Shown here piece after piece: positions 1-9,996 of a stretch of DNA of 64,000 nt. Position numbers and translations under genes: made by a program. Source of the stretch: an uncultured Chthonomonadaceae bacterium (lineage in GTDB: Bacteria; Armatimonadota; Chthonomonadetes; Chthonomonadales; Chthonomonadaceae); assembly GCA_963817895.1 (NCBI GenBank), contig CAWFQB010000004.1, forward strand, positions 672,001-736,000, written 5' to 3'. The stretch's first letter is position 1. Every line of letters begins with the position of its first letter. Under the pieces are notes generated by a model. It saw only the letters and a program-made list of their open reading frames with translations. It did not search any database and had not been told where the DNA came from.

Positions 1-53
1 ATATTTTAAGGTAGACAATTGGATTAGTGAATAAAGAAGGCTTCAGAGCGGCT

Positions 54-2693
54 TCAGGTTCGCTTTGGGGCTGTCCATGCGGCGCTGAAGAACAGCGCAA
101 GCAGGGCGCAGGCAAGGCATTGCAGAAACAATCCCACCCGGTAACTGGCTGGCTCGTAAGTGAACGCGACGATATGTGCGCCGGAAGGAAAGGCCACAGC
201 GCGGAAAATGTTTTCGGGCGAGCGTTGGAGTTCCGCCTGTTTACCGTCTACCGTCACCTGCCAGCCGGGATAGAACTGGTCGGCAAGCATGAGGGTTGCG
301 GGTATAGGCGCGGACACGCTCAAAACAACGCGGGTCGCCTCATCCTGCTGAAACGCGATGGAAGCGGGAGGGGAAAGCGGCAGGCCGTTCGCGTCCATCA
401 GTCGGGCGCGATGCTGCGCGTTCGGCAGGGGATAAACGGCCATTTCATCATCCGAGTCATAGACCGCATTGGTTGTAGGGGGCAGAGTTGTACGAAACAG
501 AGGCGCGGCGGCAGGCAGGGTAATCGCGTAAGCCGCGCCGAGAGCGGAAACTGCCGGGAGAGTCGGGTCCTGAAAAAAGACCATGTTGCCGACTTCGACC
601 GGGCTGGCGTTTTTGTGCCATTTATTGTCCGCGACGAGCAAATTGATCGGCAAAACCTTTGTATTGTCCCGTCAGCAGCGAGTCATAACCCTGCACATCC
701 CGCAGGCCGTAAACCAGCGCGGCATTGGGCGGCAGTACGGCAGGCGGCGGCACATTCAGGTTCCAAATTTATTGACGGGGAAAATGTGGTCATGTCCAAT
801 GGCATCCTGCGCTAATTTGATACCTGGCGTGACAGGATATACAGAGGAAGGTGGAGCGGTAGGATTGATGCGGATGCCGACAAGAAACAGGTCCGCAATG
901 GCAAGCGCAAGGCAAATAATGGCACAGGAGAAAAGAGCAGGGATTGTGAAGTCTCTCTCCTTTTCATTAGAAACGGCAGACGTTGGCTTTGTCTTGAACA
1001 GCAGCAGGGCAATACCGGCAGCCATGAAGACAAGCAACTGCATCCAATCCGCGCCGATACGAGAGATAGCCTCGCCGAAAACAGGAACCTTGATTTTTTC
1101 CATATTGGGCAAGTTCGCGCGTAACGCCTGCGACGCCAAACTTACCCCGATGGCGAACACAAACGCGAACATTCCATGACAACGCTGATTTCGCGCTTTG
1201 TCGGAGGTTGCCGCAACAGGCTGTCTAATCCCAAACCGGCAAGTACCCCAATCGCCAGCGCCCATAACACCAGACAGCGGGCAGGTGAACCCGACTGCGC
1301 AAAACCGGGGATAAAAAAGTAGAAGAGGGCGTTGAGCGGCGTTCCCAATGCCAGCAGCAGGGCAAGAACGGCAAGCAGGGCGAAGAACAACCTTATTCCA
1401 ACGCCTTTTACCTCACCCCAACCCCTCTCCTTGCCGCGCAACGCGTCAGGAGAGGGGCTTTCTGTATTACTGCCTTCTCCTGCTGTTCCTGCGTCGCTTA
1501 GAGAGGAGTATTTGTTGCTCTCATTTGAACGTGTTGCTTTGCTATTTACAATCGTTCGCGTAATTGTCAGCAAGGCCAGCAAAAGAGGAATGATGCCGAC
1601 ATAAATGGCGGTTTCCGCCGCGTTGTGCCGGATTGCGCCGTCACCGTCCGGGGTGTGTTTTACATAAAAGCCGTAATAGGGATTGCCCGCGTCGTAATCG
1701 TCGCCGAAGAAATCGGGCAGCGTGAGCATGGCTAAATCCATCGGCGGCAGCGCGTATTCCACATACAGCGCGTACCCTGCCGAGTGGGCTTGCCGACACG
1801 GTGCGACATGCGCGACAATTCCAGCGAGGGCAATATTTGCGGCAGGGCAAGCATCACTCCCAGAATCAGTCCGCCAATCAACAGCCCAAGCCGCCGCAAA
1901 GCAAAGGCCGCGCCATACTTCCGCCCCCGCGCTATCAGCAGCGCGATTGCCCACAAACTGCCCACCAGCAGCCCGTAGAAAGCGATCTGCAAATGTCCGG
2001 CGAGGAGCATTAGTCCTACGGTTAAGATATAAGGTACGAGATACGAGATACAGAGTCGATCGGCGCGATACTTGTATCTCGTATCTCGTATCTCTTGCCT
2101 ATCTCATATATTTGCCGCAGCAGCAGGGGGAACCAGCAGGAGGTGGCGAGAAAGGTGGGGAGTTGGAGCCATTGGATTTGCCAGTTGGAAAAGGCGTAGA
2201 CCACGCCTGCCAGCAGCGCGCCCGCTGCGCCGCAACCGATACGGCGCATGAAAAGGTATGTGAACCAACCGCATAATGTCAGATGAAGCAGGGCGGATGC
2301 GCCGAACGCGCGGGCAGTGGGCAGAAGATAAAATAGGAGGTTGGGCGGATAAAACACGGCGGACTGGCTGTTGGCGACAAAGGGCGTCCCGCAAAACTGA
2401 TAGGGGTTCCAGAGCGGAATGTAGCCGCTGCGGATAGTCTCATGCGCGAAGTTGCGCCAGGGGTAGAACTGCGCGATGCCGTCCCAACGCAGGGGGTTCC
2501 AGGGCGGCAGGTTGTCGTGGGGAATGGCAGCCGTCCAGGGCGCAATGTGTCCGAGCAGATTGGCGGGCAGAAAAACATCTCCCGTGAACGTGGAACGCCA
2601 CAAAAACAGGGCGGAAAGCAGCAGGAAAAACAGGGGCGACAACCAACCCGGCAGAACAGAGAAAGTCGAGTTGTGGGGGGAGCGGGTTTGCAA
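54..2693 (-). CDS. YfhO-like polytopic membrane protein (GT-C-like), split by several frameshifts
   Basis: Collinear fragments 2022-2693 (QFYPW..LWNPYQFCGTPF..NSQSAVFYP), 1732-2010 (LLAGHLQ), 1142-1954 (YVGIIPLLL), 756-1265 and 54-653 (LADQFYPGWQVTVDG..FRAVAFPSGAHIVAFTYEP) match the YfhO architecture. Confidence 0.8.
1411..1457. repeat. CCCCTCTCC/GGAGAGGGG palindromic repeat translated inside the yfhO-like gene
   Basis: CCTCACCCCAACCCCTCTCCT-N16-AGGAGAGGGG; read in frame as SPSPDALRGKERGWGEV in a loop between hydrophobic segments. Confidence 0.65.
2025..2094. repeat. GAGATAC-heptamer inverted repeat element inside the yfhO-like gene
   Basis: TACGAGATACGAGATAC ... GTATCTCGTATCTCGTATCTC. Confidence 0.85.
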
Positions 2694-2707
2694 GGGATTG
2701 ATAAGGG

Positions 2708-2819
2708 GAGGAAGATACGAGATACGAGTGGGAGAAGCCTGATTTTTGATTTACGTCCATTTAGCGAGGCGAACGTTCAACGAGGATTTCACTCGTATCT
2801 CGTATCTCGTATCTTCCTC
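2708..2819. repeat. GAGATAC-heptamer inverted repeat element, intergenic
   Basis: GAGGAAGATACGAGATACGAGTG ... CACTCGTATCTCGTATCTCGTATCTTCCTC, ending 2 nt from the TPR gene stop. Confidence 0.85.
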
Positions 2820-2821
2820 TC

Positions 2822-3184
2822 TCAAACTGGGTCAGAAAAAAATTGCAGGCTGTCGAGGGCGCGTTTGTTGGCGGGGTCGCGGCGCAACACCTCCTCGAAC
2901 TCCGATTTGGCTTTGTCGTACTCGCCAAGCATGGAAAACGTCAGCGCCAGATCCACGCGGGGGTCAACGCGAGTGGGCGTGAGAAGCACGGCTTTTTGCA
3001 GCTCCTCAATGGATTCGTCGAACAGGCCAATGAAGCCGTAGACCAGTCCCAATTGATGATGACCGTCCGCGGAATTGGGGTCCTGCTCTAAAAATTCGCG
3101 TATCTCGGTGACGGCCTCTTCATAGCGGCCCTCCACCTTGAACGCGATGCCACGATCCAGTTGACTGTTACCCTGACTGACCAT
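2822..3184 (-). CDS. tetratricopeptide repeat protein
   Basis: 120 aa with three TPR-like units (GRYEEA..DPNSADGHHQLG..LGEYDKA..DPAN); GAGGAG RBS. Confidence 0.85.
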   Translation of the reverse strand: MVSQGNSQLDRGIAFKVEGRYEEAVTEIREFLEQDPNSADGHHQLGLVYGFIGLFDESIEELQKAVLLTPTRVDPRVDLALTFSMLGEYDKAKSEFEEVLRRDPANKRALDSLQFFSDPV

Positions 3185-3288
3185 TAATATGCTTCTCCTC
3201 GCGAGAGGTACGAAGGAGGAAATTGAAAAATGAGAATGACCGCGCCTGTTTGACAGTGCGTGTTTGTTTTACGTTGCTTAATGGCGCA

Positions 3289-3317
3289 AGTATAGCACGT
3301 TCCGCAGGGAAAATCAA
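3289..3317 (-). promoter_or_regulatory. putative sigma70 promoter for the TPR gene
   Basis: Minus strand TTGATT-N17-TATACT with extended TG. Confidence 0.5.
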
Positions 3318-3350
3318 GCGGTAGATTGTCATTCCATTGCCGGGTTTGGC

Positions 3351-4632
3351 TTATATTGTCGGCGCGACGTAGGGAATCACGTAAGGGCCGCGCGGAATGG
3401 CGAGCAGGCTTGCGTTTTGGCCCTGCCGTTCCAACGCGATTTGGATGCCCTGTTCCACCGAAGACGCGGGCGTGACGAAGCATTGCGCCAGTGTCGCGTC
3501 GGGGATGCCGTCCGCAATGCAGATGATGTTGGCGTGACGCGTGGCTCGCGCCAGTTCCTCGATTTCCCACTCTTCGGGTATAAACACGTTGGGCTGCGAG
3601 ATGTGTTCCACAAAGGCTTCCAGATCGTCGGCAGCCAGCAGACGCGTTCGCGAAATCGGGGCTGCCCACGCCCTCGGCGCACTGCGACGCGATCACAATG
3701 GTTCCGCCCTTTTTTACAACCGGGAGAGCGCCGACCATGCCTTTCACAGCCTGATAAAATGTCGTATCGAGGGGATACCCGGCGCAGGAAGTGACTACTA
3801 CATCCGCAAGGGCAGACGCCTGCGCCCGGACGTGCTTTGCGGCGAACGCGACGCCCGCTTTCCACGCCTGTTCCAGATCGCCCGCGTACACGCCCGTAAT
3901 TTGGTTGGCCTCGTCCAGCGTTACGTCTACAATCATGTCCGGGCGCAGAACTCCGGCGATTGACAGCGCCTCCTCGTGAACGGGGTTGCCATCCACGACG
4001 CCCATAGTGGCGAGCGGCGATTCGAGAAAACGGGGGCAGTGCCAGTTCTGCGTGGTTTCCATCGCGGCGACACCCGGCATGACCAGTTTGCGCCCGCCCG
4101 AATAGCCCGCCATGAAATGCGGCTCAATCAGGCCGACGGTGAGGCGCAAGTCAGCATTACAATAGGTTTTGTCCAGCCAGATAGGGACGCCGTTGGGCAA
4201 CTCGCCGAGATACTGATGCGTGTCCAGTTCCTTGCAGGCGTGATTGACGATGCGGTACTGCGCGGCGATCTCCGCGCCCACGAGGGTTTCCAGTTCCGCG
4301 CCCCAGTTCGGGCGGTGCGTCCCTGTCGCAATCAGAATGGTAATGGCTTCGCGGGCAATTCCGGCCTGTTCCAATGTCCGCAGCATGGGTGGCAGCAGCG
4401 TGGTATTGGGAACCGGGCGGGTGATGTCGCAAATCACGATGCAGGCGTTGGCGCGACCCTGCGCCAACTGCGTCAGCGAATGGGTTCCAATCGGGTTTTG
4501 CAGGGCGTGTTCAATGGCGCTGAGAGGATCGGCAAGGGCGGGCGCGGGCGTCAATCCCAACACGCCGATGAGATTGGCGTCCGGCAGTTCCGCCATCAGC
4601 CCTGTTTTACCATAATCCATGCGTACCCGCAT
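3351..4632 (-). CDS. larA: nickel-pincer-dependent lactate racemase family (LarA/DUF2088) protein, one frameshift near 3650
   Basis: Motifs DITRPVP, ATGTHR, EPHFMAGYSGGRK, YQAVKG; C-terminus continues in ORF 3351-3611 (..IPRGPYVIP). Confidence 0.8.
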
Positions 4633-4654
4633 AATTGATTCTCCTGAAAGTTTT

Positions 4655-5845
4655 TTATAATGATTCGCGTTGCCAATCTTCGGCGAATGGGCGCAGTGGG
4701 CTGTTGGGATATTGTTCCACGAACAGACGCAGTAAAACTTGCGCGTCGGCCCGTCGGTCGAGGCGATTGAGATACAGGGACGCGGTTTTCAGCAGGGCGG
4801 TTTCGGCTTCGGGACTTGCCGTTTGATCCAGAGCCAATCCGCGCAAAACATCCGCCGCCAATCCGTACTGCTGTAACTCTTCCAGCGCAATCCCCACGTT
4901 TAACAGGTTCGCGGGCGATACATCGGCAACAATTAAATCGGACTCGCGCATTTCGGAATACAGGGTTGCGGCTTCCACGCGCTGCTGCTGTTCCAGGTAG
5001 TACGCCAGTACCTGATGGTACTGCTTTAGCGCCTGTTCCCCGTCGCCAAGCATGAGCCACGCCCTCGCCAATTCCGTCCGCGCCTCCTGATCGTTAGGAT
5101 TTCGCGCCAGCAGGGTTTCCCACTTTTTAATGGCCGCGCCGGGAACGCTTTTGCTCATGGCGTGCAGCGCGTCCAGGGAGAGATACGCCCGCGCCCCGTG
5201 ATCTGTAAGCCGGAGCAGGTACGCGCATCCCAATCCGAACACGAAGCCGCCGATGTGCGCCCAGTGCGCCACGCCATCGCCGTTGTTTCCCCCCAGCAGA
5301 TTCCACAATCCGGCGAGGATTTCCAGCGCGAGATACAGCGTGACAACCACAACCACATGGGCGCGAACCGGCAGGCCGACAAAACTGATGGTAGCGCGGT
5401 AGTAGCGGGCGGCGTACAAACCGATCAATCCGGCACATGCGGCAGACGCGCCGATGATGGGAGCGGACTGATACTCGGGCGGCAGGAGCGTGGCGGTAAC
5501 AAGGCATTGCAGCGCGCCGCCGACAAGCCCGCCGAGAAAATACAGCAACAGAAACCGCCGACTTCCCACAGCGGCCTCAATTCCCGTCCCGAATACCCAC
5601 AGGAAAAAGGCGTTCACGCAAAAGTGGCTCAGGCTGTCGTGAAACAGGGGATACGTGAGCAGGGCGAAAAACTGAAAGTGGTCCGGCACAAGTCCGAAAA
5701 ACGAAATTAAATGCGCGGCAGTGGAAGCGTGTCCGCTCCCGCGCAGCAGCAGCACGCAGAGCGACAGCAGAAACGTCACCGCCAGCAGTCCCAGGGTTGC
5801 AGGCGGGCGGCGCGAAATCGGATTGTCACTGTAAGGCAAAATCAT
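4655..5845 (-). CDS. rhomboid family intramembrane serine protease with C-terminal TPR-like region
   Basis: H..N..FLW.FG..IE, IGASA (catalytic Ser), AHIGG (catalytic His); helical repeat tail ending YPNSP. Confidence 0.85.
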   Translation of the reverse strand: MILPYSDNPISRRPPATLGLLAVTFLLSLCVLLLRGSGHASTAAHLISFFGLVPDHFQFFALLTYPLFHDSLSHFCVNAFFLWVFGTGIEAAVGSRRFLLLYFLGGLVGGALQCLVTATLLPPEYQSAPIIGASAACAGLIGLYAARYYRATISFVGLPVRAHVVVVVTLYLALEILAGLWNLLGGNNGDGVAHWAHIGGFVFGLGCAYLLRLTDHGARAYLSLDALHAMSKSVPGAAIKKWETLLARNPNDQEARTELARAWLMLGDGEQALKQYHQVLAYYLEQQQRVEAATLYSEMRESDLIVADVSPANLLNVGIALEELQQYGLAADVLRGLALDQTASPEAETALLKTASLYLNRLDRRADAQVLLRLFVEQYPNSPLRPFAEDWQRESL

Positions 5846-6060
5846 GGCATACTTTCGTTCGCGGTTGCCATTGTTACCGGCAAGTACATGCCTATTCGTC
5901 GTAAGTGGGTGAAATTCCTTCTGCGCAATCGAAGCGTATGTTCAGAGTTCAAGAGATCGGAACGCTGAACCCGGGCATCGCGAGATTCCCGAAGCCGAAA
6001 CAGTTGTCAATCTGAGTATGCGGCTCAGTGGGGCGGGCTGTGTGCCACGCGGAAGAAGGC

Positions 6061-6105
6061 AAAAAAGAAAGGCGAAAGTCGCAGACACGCTACTTTCGCC
6101 TTTCT
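6061..6105 (-). terminator. intrinsic terminator
   Basis: 14-bp stem AGAAAGGCGAAAGT/ACTTTCGCCTTTCT followed by a U-run on the minus strand, just after the 6124 stop. Confidence 0.75.
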
Positions 6106-6123
6106 ACTGTTGTCTTGTCCGAG

Positions 6124-6387
6124 TCAGTTACCGCTGTTGACGGGCTTGCCGGGGATGGAACCTTCTGAAGGGGCGGGATAGTAGGCGTGATTGTTGGCTC
6201 CGGCAGTGGGCGCCGCCGTCTGTGTGGATTGCTGTACGGCTCCCGGCGCAGAGCCTTTCGCGCCCACCACACCCGGAGACGGCTCATAGGCTGCGGGCTT
6301 AAGCGCGCGGGAACCAAATACCACCAGCAACGCCACCACAACCACGATAAGTCCCACTATCGCCGCAGGATGCAACTCTTGTTTCAT
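6124..6387 (-). CDS. small single-pass membrane protein
   Basis: 87 aa, N-terminal hydrophobic helix and Pro/Ala/Gly-rich tail; GGAG RBS; directly downstream of a prepilin gene. Confidence 0.7.
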   Translation of the reverse strand: MKQELHPAAIVGLIVVVVALLVVFGSRALKPAAYEPSPGVVGAKGSAPGAVQQSTQTAAPTAGANNHAYYPAPSEGSIPGKPVNSGN

Positions 6388-6419
6388 ATTTTTGATCTCC
6401 AGTGTCTTCCAGTATGCGG

Positions 6420-7211
6420 CTAGGGGTTGGGATTGCCGACAGTTCCGCCGGGGCAGGTGGCGTCAATGCCATCATGCTCGGGGATAATATCATGCCAGTT
6501 GCCTGTGAAGCGAATAGCGGAAGTGGGATCGCGATGCGGCCAGCAGCGGTAGCCCGGCAGAATGGCGTATTTCTGGTTCTTCGGGTCGCCGGGGGGAGAG
6601 CTTTTGGCGTGACCGTCTATATAAACGAGGTTGGCGCGCTGCGTGTGGCGATATGCCCATTCGTTGCTGCCATCGCTGACTGAACACCAGTTCCAGTCGC
6701 CGCCCACGCTGTTGCAGTTGTCGCGCTCGAAGAGCTGGAAGGTGATGGCGGGAAAGCCAATGTTCGCGAGTTTTACGCCGAACACGGTTCCGTAGCCATT
6801 GTTTTGTCCGTCCCACCACAGCCATCCCAACTGCGAGGGCATGGTATAGGAACGCTGAAGGTTGCCCGCCACTATTTTGCCCCCTGCGATATCTACGGAG
6901 GGCGAAAATTGGTCACTGGGACAGGTCATAATCTGCTGGCTTTTGGAATACGGCTGGATCAGGCGATCCCACGTCTGAGCCAGAGGCCCCGGAGCGCCCA
7001 CAAACGGCGAACACATCTTCTCATCATAGTCCTGCGTATACATCATCATGCCTGTGCCAAGTTGTTTGAGATTGGAAAGGCAAGAGATAGAACGCGCTTT
7101 TTCACGCGCCTGCGCGAAGACCGGGAACAAAATGGCGGCCAGTATGGCGATGATGGCGATGACCACAAGCAGTTCAATCAGGGTGAATGCGTTTTTTGAG
7201 CGGGGTGCCAT
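6420..7211 (-). CDS. prepilin-type N-terminal cleavage/methylation protein (DUF1559, H-X9-DG)
   Basis: [56 protein letters not shown]. Confidence 0.92.
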   Translation of the reverse strand: MAPRSKNAFTLIELLVVIAIIAILAAILFPVFAQAREKARSISCLSNLKQLGTGMMMYTQDYDEKMCSPFVGAPGPLAQTWDRLIQPYSKSQQIMTCPSDQFSPSVDIAGGKIVAGNLQRSYTMPSQLGWLWWDGQNNGYGTVFGVKLANIGFPAITFQLFERDNCNSVGGDWNWCSVSDGSNEWAYRHTQRANLVYIDGHAKSSPPGDPKNQKYAILPGYRCWPHRDPTSAIRFTGNWHDIIPEHDGIDATCPGGTVGNPNP

Positions 7212-7450
7212 TGCTTATCTCCATTGATCTTACGAGGTATTTGCGCCCTGTATGTAATCAGGAACGATACTGGTGTAAATTTGAGCAGACGATGCGAGTA
7301 GCCTCCTTTCCATAACACTTTCTGGCGTAGCCAGATTCACGTCTTGTCATAATATTATACACAGATCGCAATGTAAATTCCTCCTTTTTCCAGCTATTTA
7401 TAAAAAAAAGCCGTTTTGCTGCTACGCCTGCAAACAGACTACTTCTCGAA

Positions 7451-7786
7451 CTATGTATTGGTGAGTACATCCTCCACGCTGCTGAAGTGGCGTTTACTAC
7501 AGATAGCGTTCGCTCCTGCTTGTTCCAGCAGCGAGTTGCCTGTGGCGTGAGAAGAAACTGCAATGACGCGAGGCGTTTGTGGCAGCGCCTTGATGTCCGG
7601 CAACAGTTCCGTTCCTTTGCCATCATCCAGATCATAATCCAGCAGAATGGCATCAAATTGTCGCGAGGCAAGCGCCTGCCGCGCCAATGCCAGCGAAGGC
7701 GTGACGACAACATCATGCGTAACGAGAAACGTCTTCAGCACAATTCGCGCAAACAAACGATTGTTTTCCACCCATAGAATATTCAT
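7451..7786 (-). CDS. single-domain response regulator
   Basis: ILWVEN, ILLDYDL (phospho-Asp), VIAVS, CSK. Confidence 0.75.
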   Translation of the reverse strand: MNILWVENNRLFARIVLKTFLVTHDVVVTPSLALARQALASRQFDAILLDYDLDDGKGTELLPDIKALPQTPRVIAVSSHATGNSLLEQAGANAICSKRHFSSVEDVLTNT

Positions 7787-8973
7787 GATGGAGGATGAGG
7801 CGAGGACATGGCGTCCGCGCTCGTGTTACGCCTGTTTTTCAGCCGCAGGAAGGGCTTTTCCACAAGCCGCCAACTTACGAAGGCGCACAACAATGTGAGC
7901 GGAAACGCCGCCGCGAACAATATCAACGGCGGCAGATGCGGGTTCAGCCATTGCAACAGCAATTGCTGAATGGGAAAAGCGTAGAGGTAGATGCCATAGG
8001 AAAAATCGCCCCGCCGTCCCCACGCATGGAGATTCGGGCGCGGCGCAAACGCGAACGCGAACAGCAAAATCGCGCCACAGAGAGGCAATACCGCAATCAG
8101 CATGGGAATCGCAAACGCGGCCAGCGCCACAACGCCCACATGAAGCCACAGCCAGCGCGCCGACAACGCGATGCGGTCACGGTACAGCCAGGAACACATC
8201 CCGGCCAGATACTGTGTCAGGTAATGCGGCCACATATCCACCTGGCCCACAACGGGCAAAATCCTGCCGGAACAAAAGGGCGCATGGGCATAGACTTCAC
8301 GCGCATATAAGCCCCAGGCCACCACAAATAGCGTCAAAACCATCCATCGCCGCCGATAAAGCCCCATCAGGCCGAAGACCGCCACCATCAGATAGCACAA
8401 AAACTCATTGCGAATTGTCCACAGACTGCCATTGGCGCTGTGATACGCTAAATTCGTGAACGTGGGCGGCAGAAAAAACTGTAGTTGCGCTGTGTTGTAA
8501 AGGTAGCGCGTTAGATGCAGCGCGCGCCAGTAAGCCGAACCATTTGCCGCGCCAGACGGCCCGACGAAAAGAGCGCACAGCAGCGTCACAACAACAAATC
8601 CCGGATAGATGCGCAGCGCGCGCTTTTTCAGGTAGTCTCCCAACCCTTTGCTGCGCTGCCAGCTTTGCGTGACCAGAAAACCGCTGACGATGAAGAAAGC
8701 ATCCACCGCGAGTGAGCCGCCATCTATCTGTCCCCGCGTCAGCCACCGAATCGGCTCCCACTGTTCGTACCCCGGCAGGGCAAAACTGTGCGAAAATACC
8801 ACGAGGGCGGCCAGGAAGAAGCGCAGAAAATCCAGATTGTTTTCCCGTCCCAAACTCGCCTGCGCCAGCGTCAGGCGCTGTTCTTCAGGCGTGGCGAGTG
8901 ACGAGTCGTTTGTGGCTGGAGGCAGGGATGCCGACGCGAAAATACGTTGGAATATGTGTGACTGAAACATCAT
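7783..8973 (-). CDS. acyltransferase family 3 (OafA-like)
   Basis: LDFLRFFLAALVVFSH, VDAFFIVSGF, RALRIYP, LWTIRNE, GDFSYGIYL, VEKP. Confidence 0.9.
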   Translation of the reverse strand: MMFQSHIFQRIFASASLPPATNDSSLATPEEQRLTLAQASLGRENNLDFLRFFLAALVVFSHSFALPGYEQWEPIRWLTRGQIDGGSLAVDAFFIVSGFLVTQSWQRSKGLGDYLKKRALRIYPGFVVVTLLCALFVGPSGAANGSAYWRALHLTRYLYNTAQLQFFLPPTFTNLAYHSANGSLWTIRNEFLCYLMVAVFGLMGLYRRRWMVLTLFVVAWGLYAREVYAHAPFCSGRILPVVGQVDMWPHYLTQYLAGMCSWLYRDRIALSARWLWLHVGVVALAAFAIPMLIAVLPLCGAILLFAFAFAPRPNLHAWGRRGDFSYGIYLYAFPIQQLLLQWLNPHLPPLILFAAAFPLTLLCAFVSWRLVEKPFLRLKNRRNTSADAMSSPHPPS

Positions 8974-8980
8974 GCGAAAA

Positions 8981-9988
8981 TCAAACCGCCACCTTGACTT
9001 CTGTTCCGGCTCTGGCTTTGTCCAGAATGGCGTTTACGAGCGTATCGGGGGCAATGGCTTCGGCTTCGCCCTCGAAATTCATAATCAGGCGATGGCGCAG
9101 CGCGGGAAGCGCGACGGAAGCGATGTCCTCCATGGCGACGTTGTACCGTCCGGCAAGCAGGGCTTTGATTTTGGCGGTCATCACAATCGCCTGCGCCCCG
9201 CGCGGACTGGAACCGAAGCGGACGAACTGCTTGATGGGCGGGGGCGCGTGTTCCGAGTCGGGGTGCGTTCCCAATACCACTTTGATGGCGAACTCGCGCA
9301 CGGACGGGGAAATCGGCACTTCCCGCGCCAGCAAGCCGCATCTGCAAAATGGTCGCGCTATCTATGACGGCCTGAATGGGCGGCGCTTCGATCCCGTCGT
9401 GCGATCCACAATCGCGGACATATCCTCAAACGTCGGCGAAGTTACCAGCAGCTTGAACAAAAAGCGATCCAACTGCGCTTCCGGCAGGGGATACGTCCCC
9501 TCCATCTCAATCGGGTTTTGCGTTGCCAGCACGAAAAACGGTTCCTGTAGCGTATGCCGCGTCCCCGCCACCGTGACGTTATGCTCCTGCATGGCTTCCA
9601 GCATGGCCGACTGCGTTTTGGGCGTGGCGCGGTTGATTTCATCGGCAAGCACGATGTTGGCGAAAACGGGACCGGGCTGAAACTTGAACTCTTTCTGACC
9701 CGTCGCGCCCTCGCCAAGAATGTTCGTGCCGGTAATGTCGGCGGGCATCAGGTCGGGCGTGAACTGGACGCGGGCGAATTTAAGATGCACGGCCTGCGAC
9801 AGCGTCCGCACCAGCAGGGTCTTGCCCAGTCCCGGCACGCCCTCCAGCAGCGCATGGCCGCTCGCCAACAGACAGATCAGTACGCCGTCAATGATTGGCT
9901 CATTGCCGACAATCACCTTGCGTATCTCATTTTTGACGCGCTCGAAATCGGTTTTGAATTGGGCGGTTTGTTGCTCAATAGTGGGCAT
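8981..9988 (-). CDS. moxR: MoxR family AAA+ ATPase, frameshifted near 9340-9380
   Basis: GVPGLGKT, QFTPDLMPAD, ADEINRATPKTQSAMLEAM, PEAQLDRF; C-terminal part GSSPRG..LRHRL in 8981-9334. Confidence 0.88.
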
Positions 9989-9996
9989 TGTTGCTC

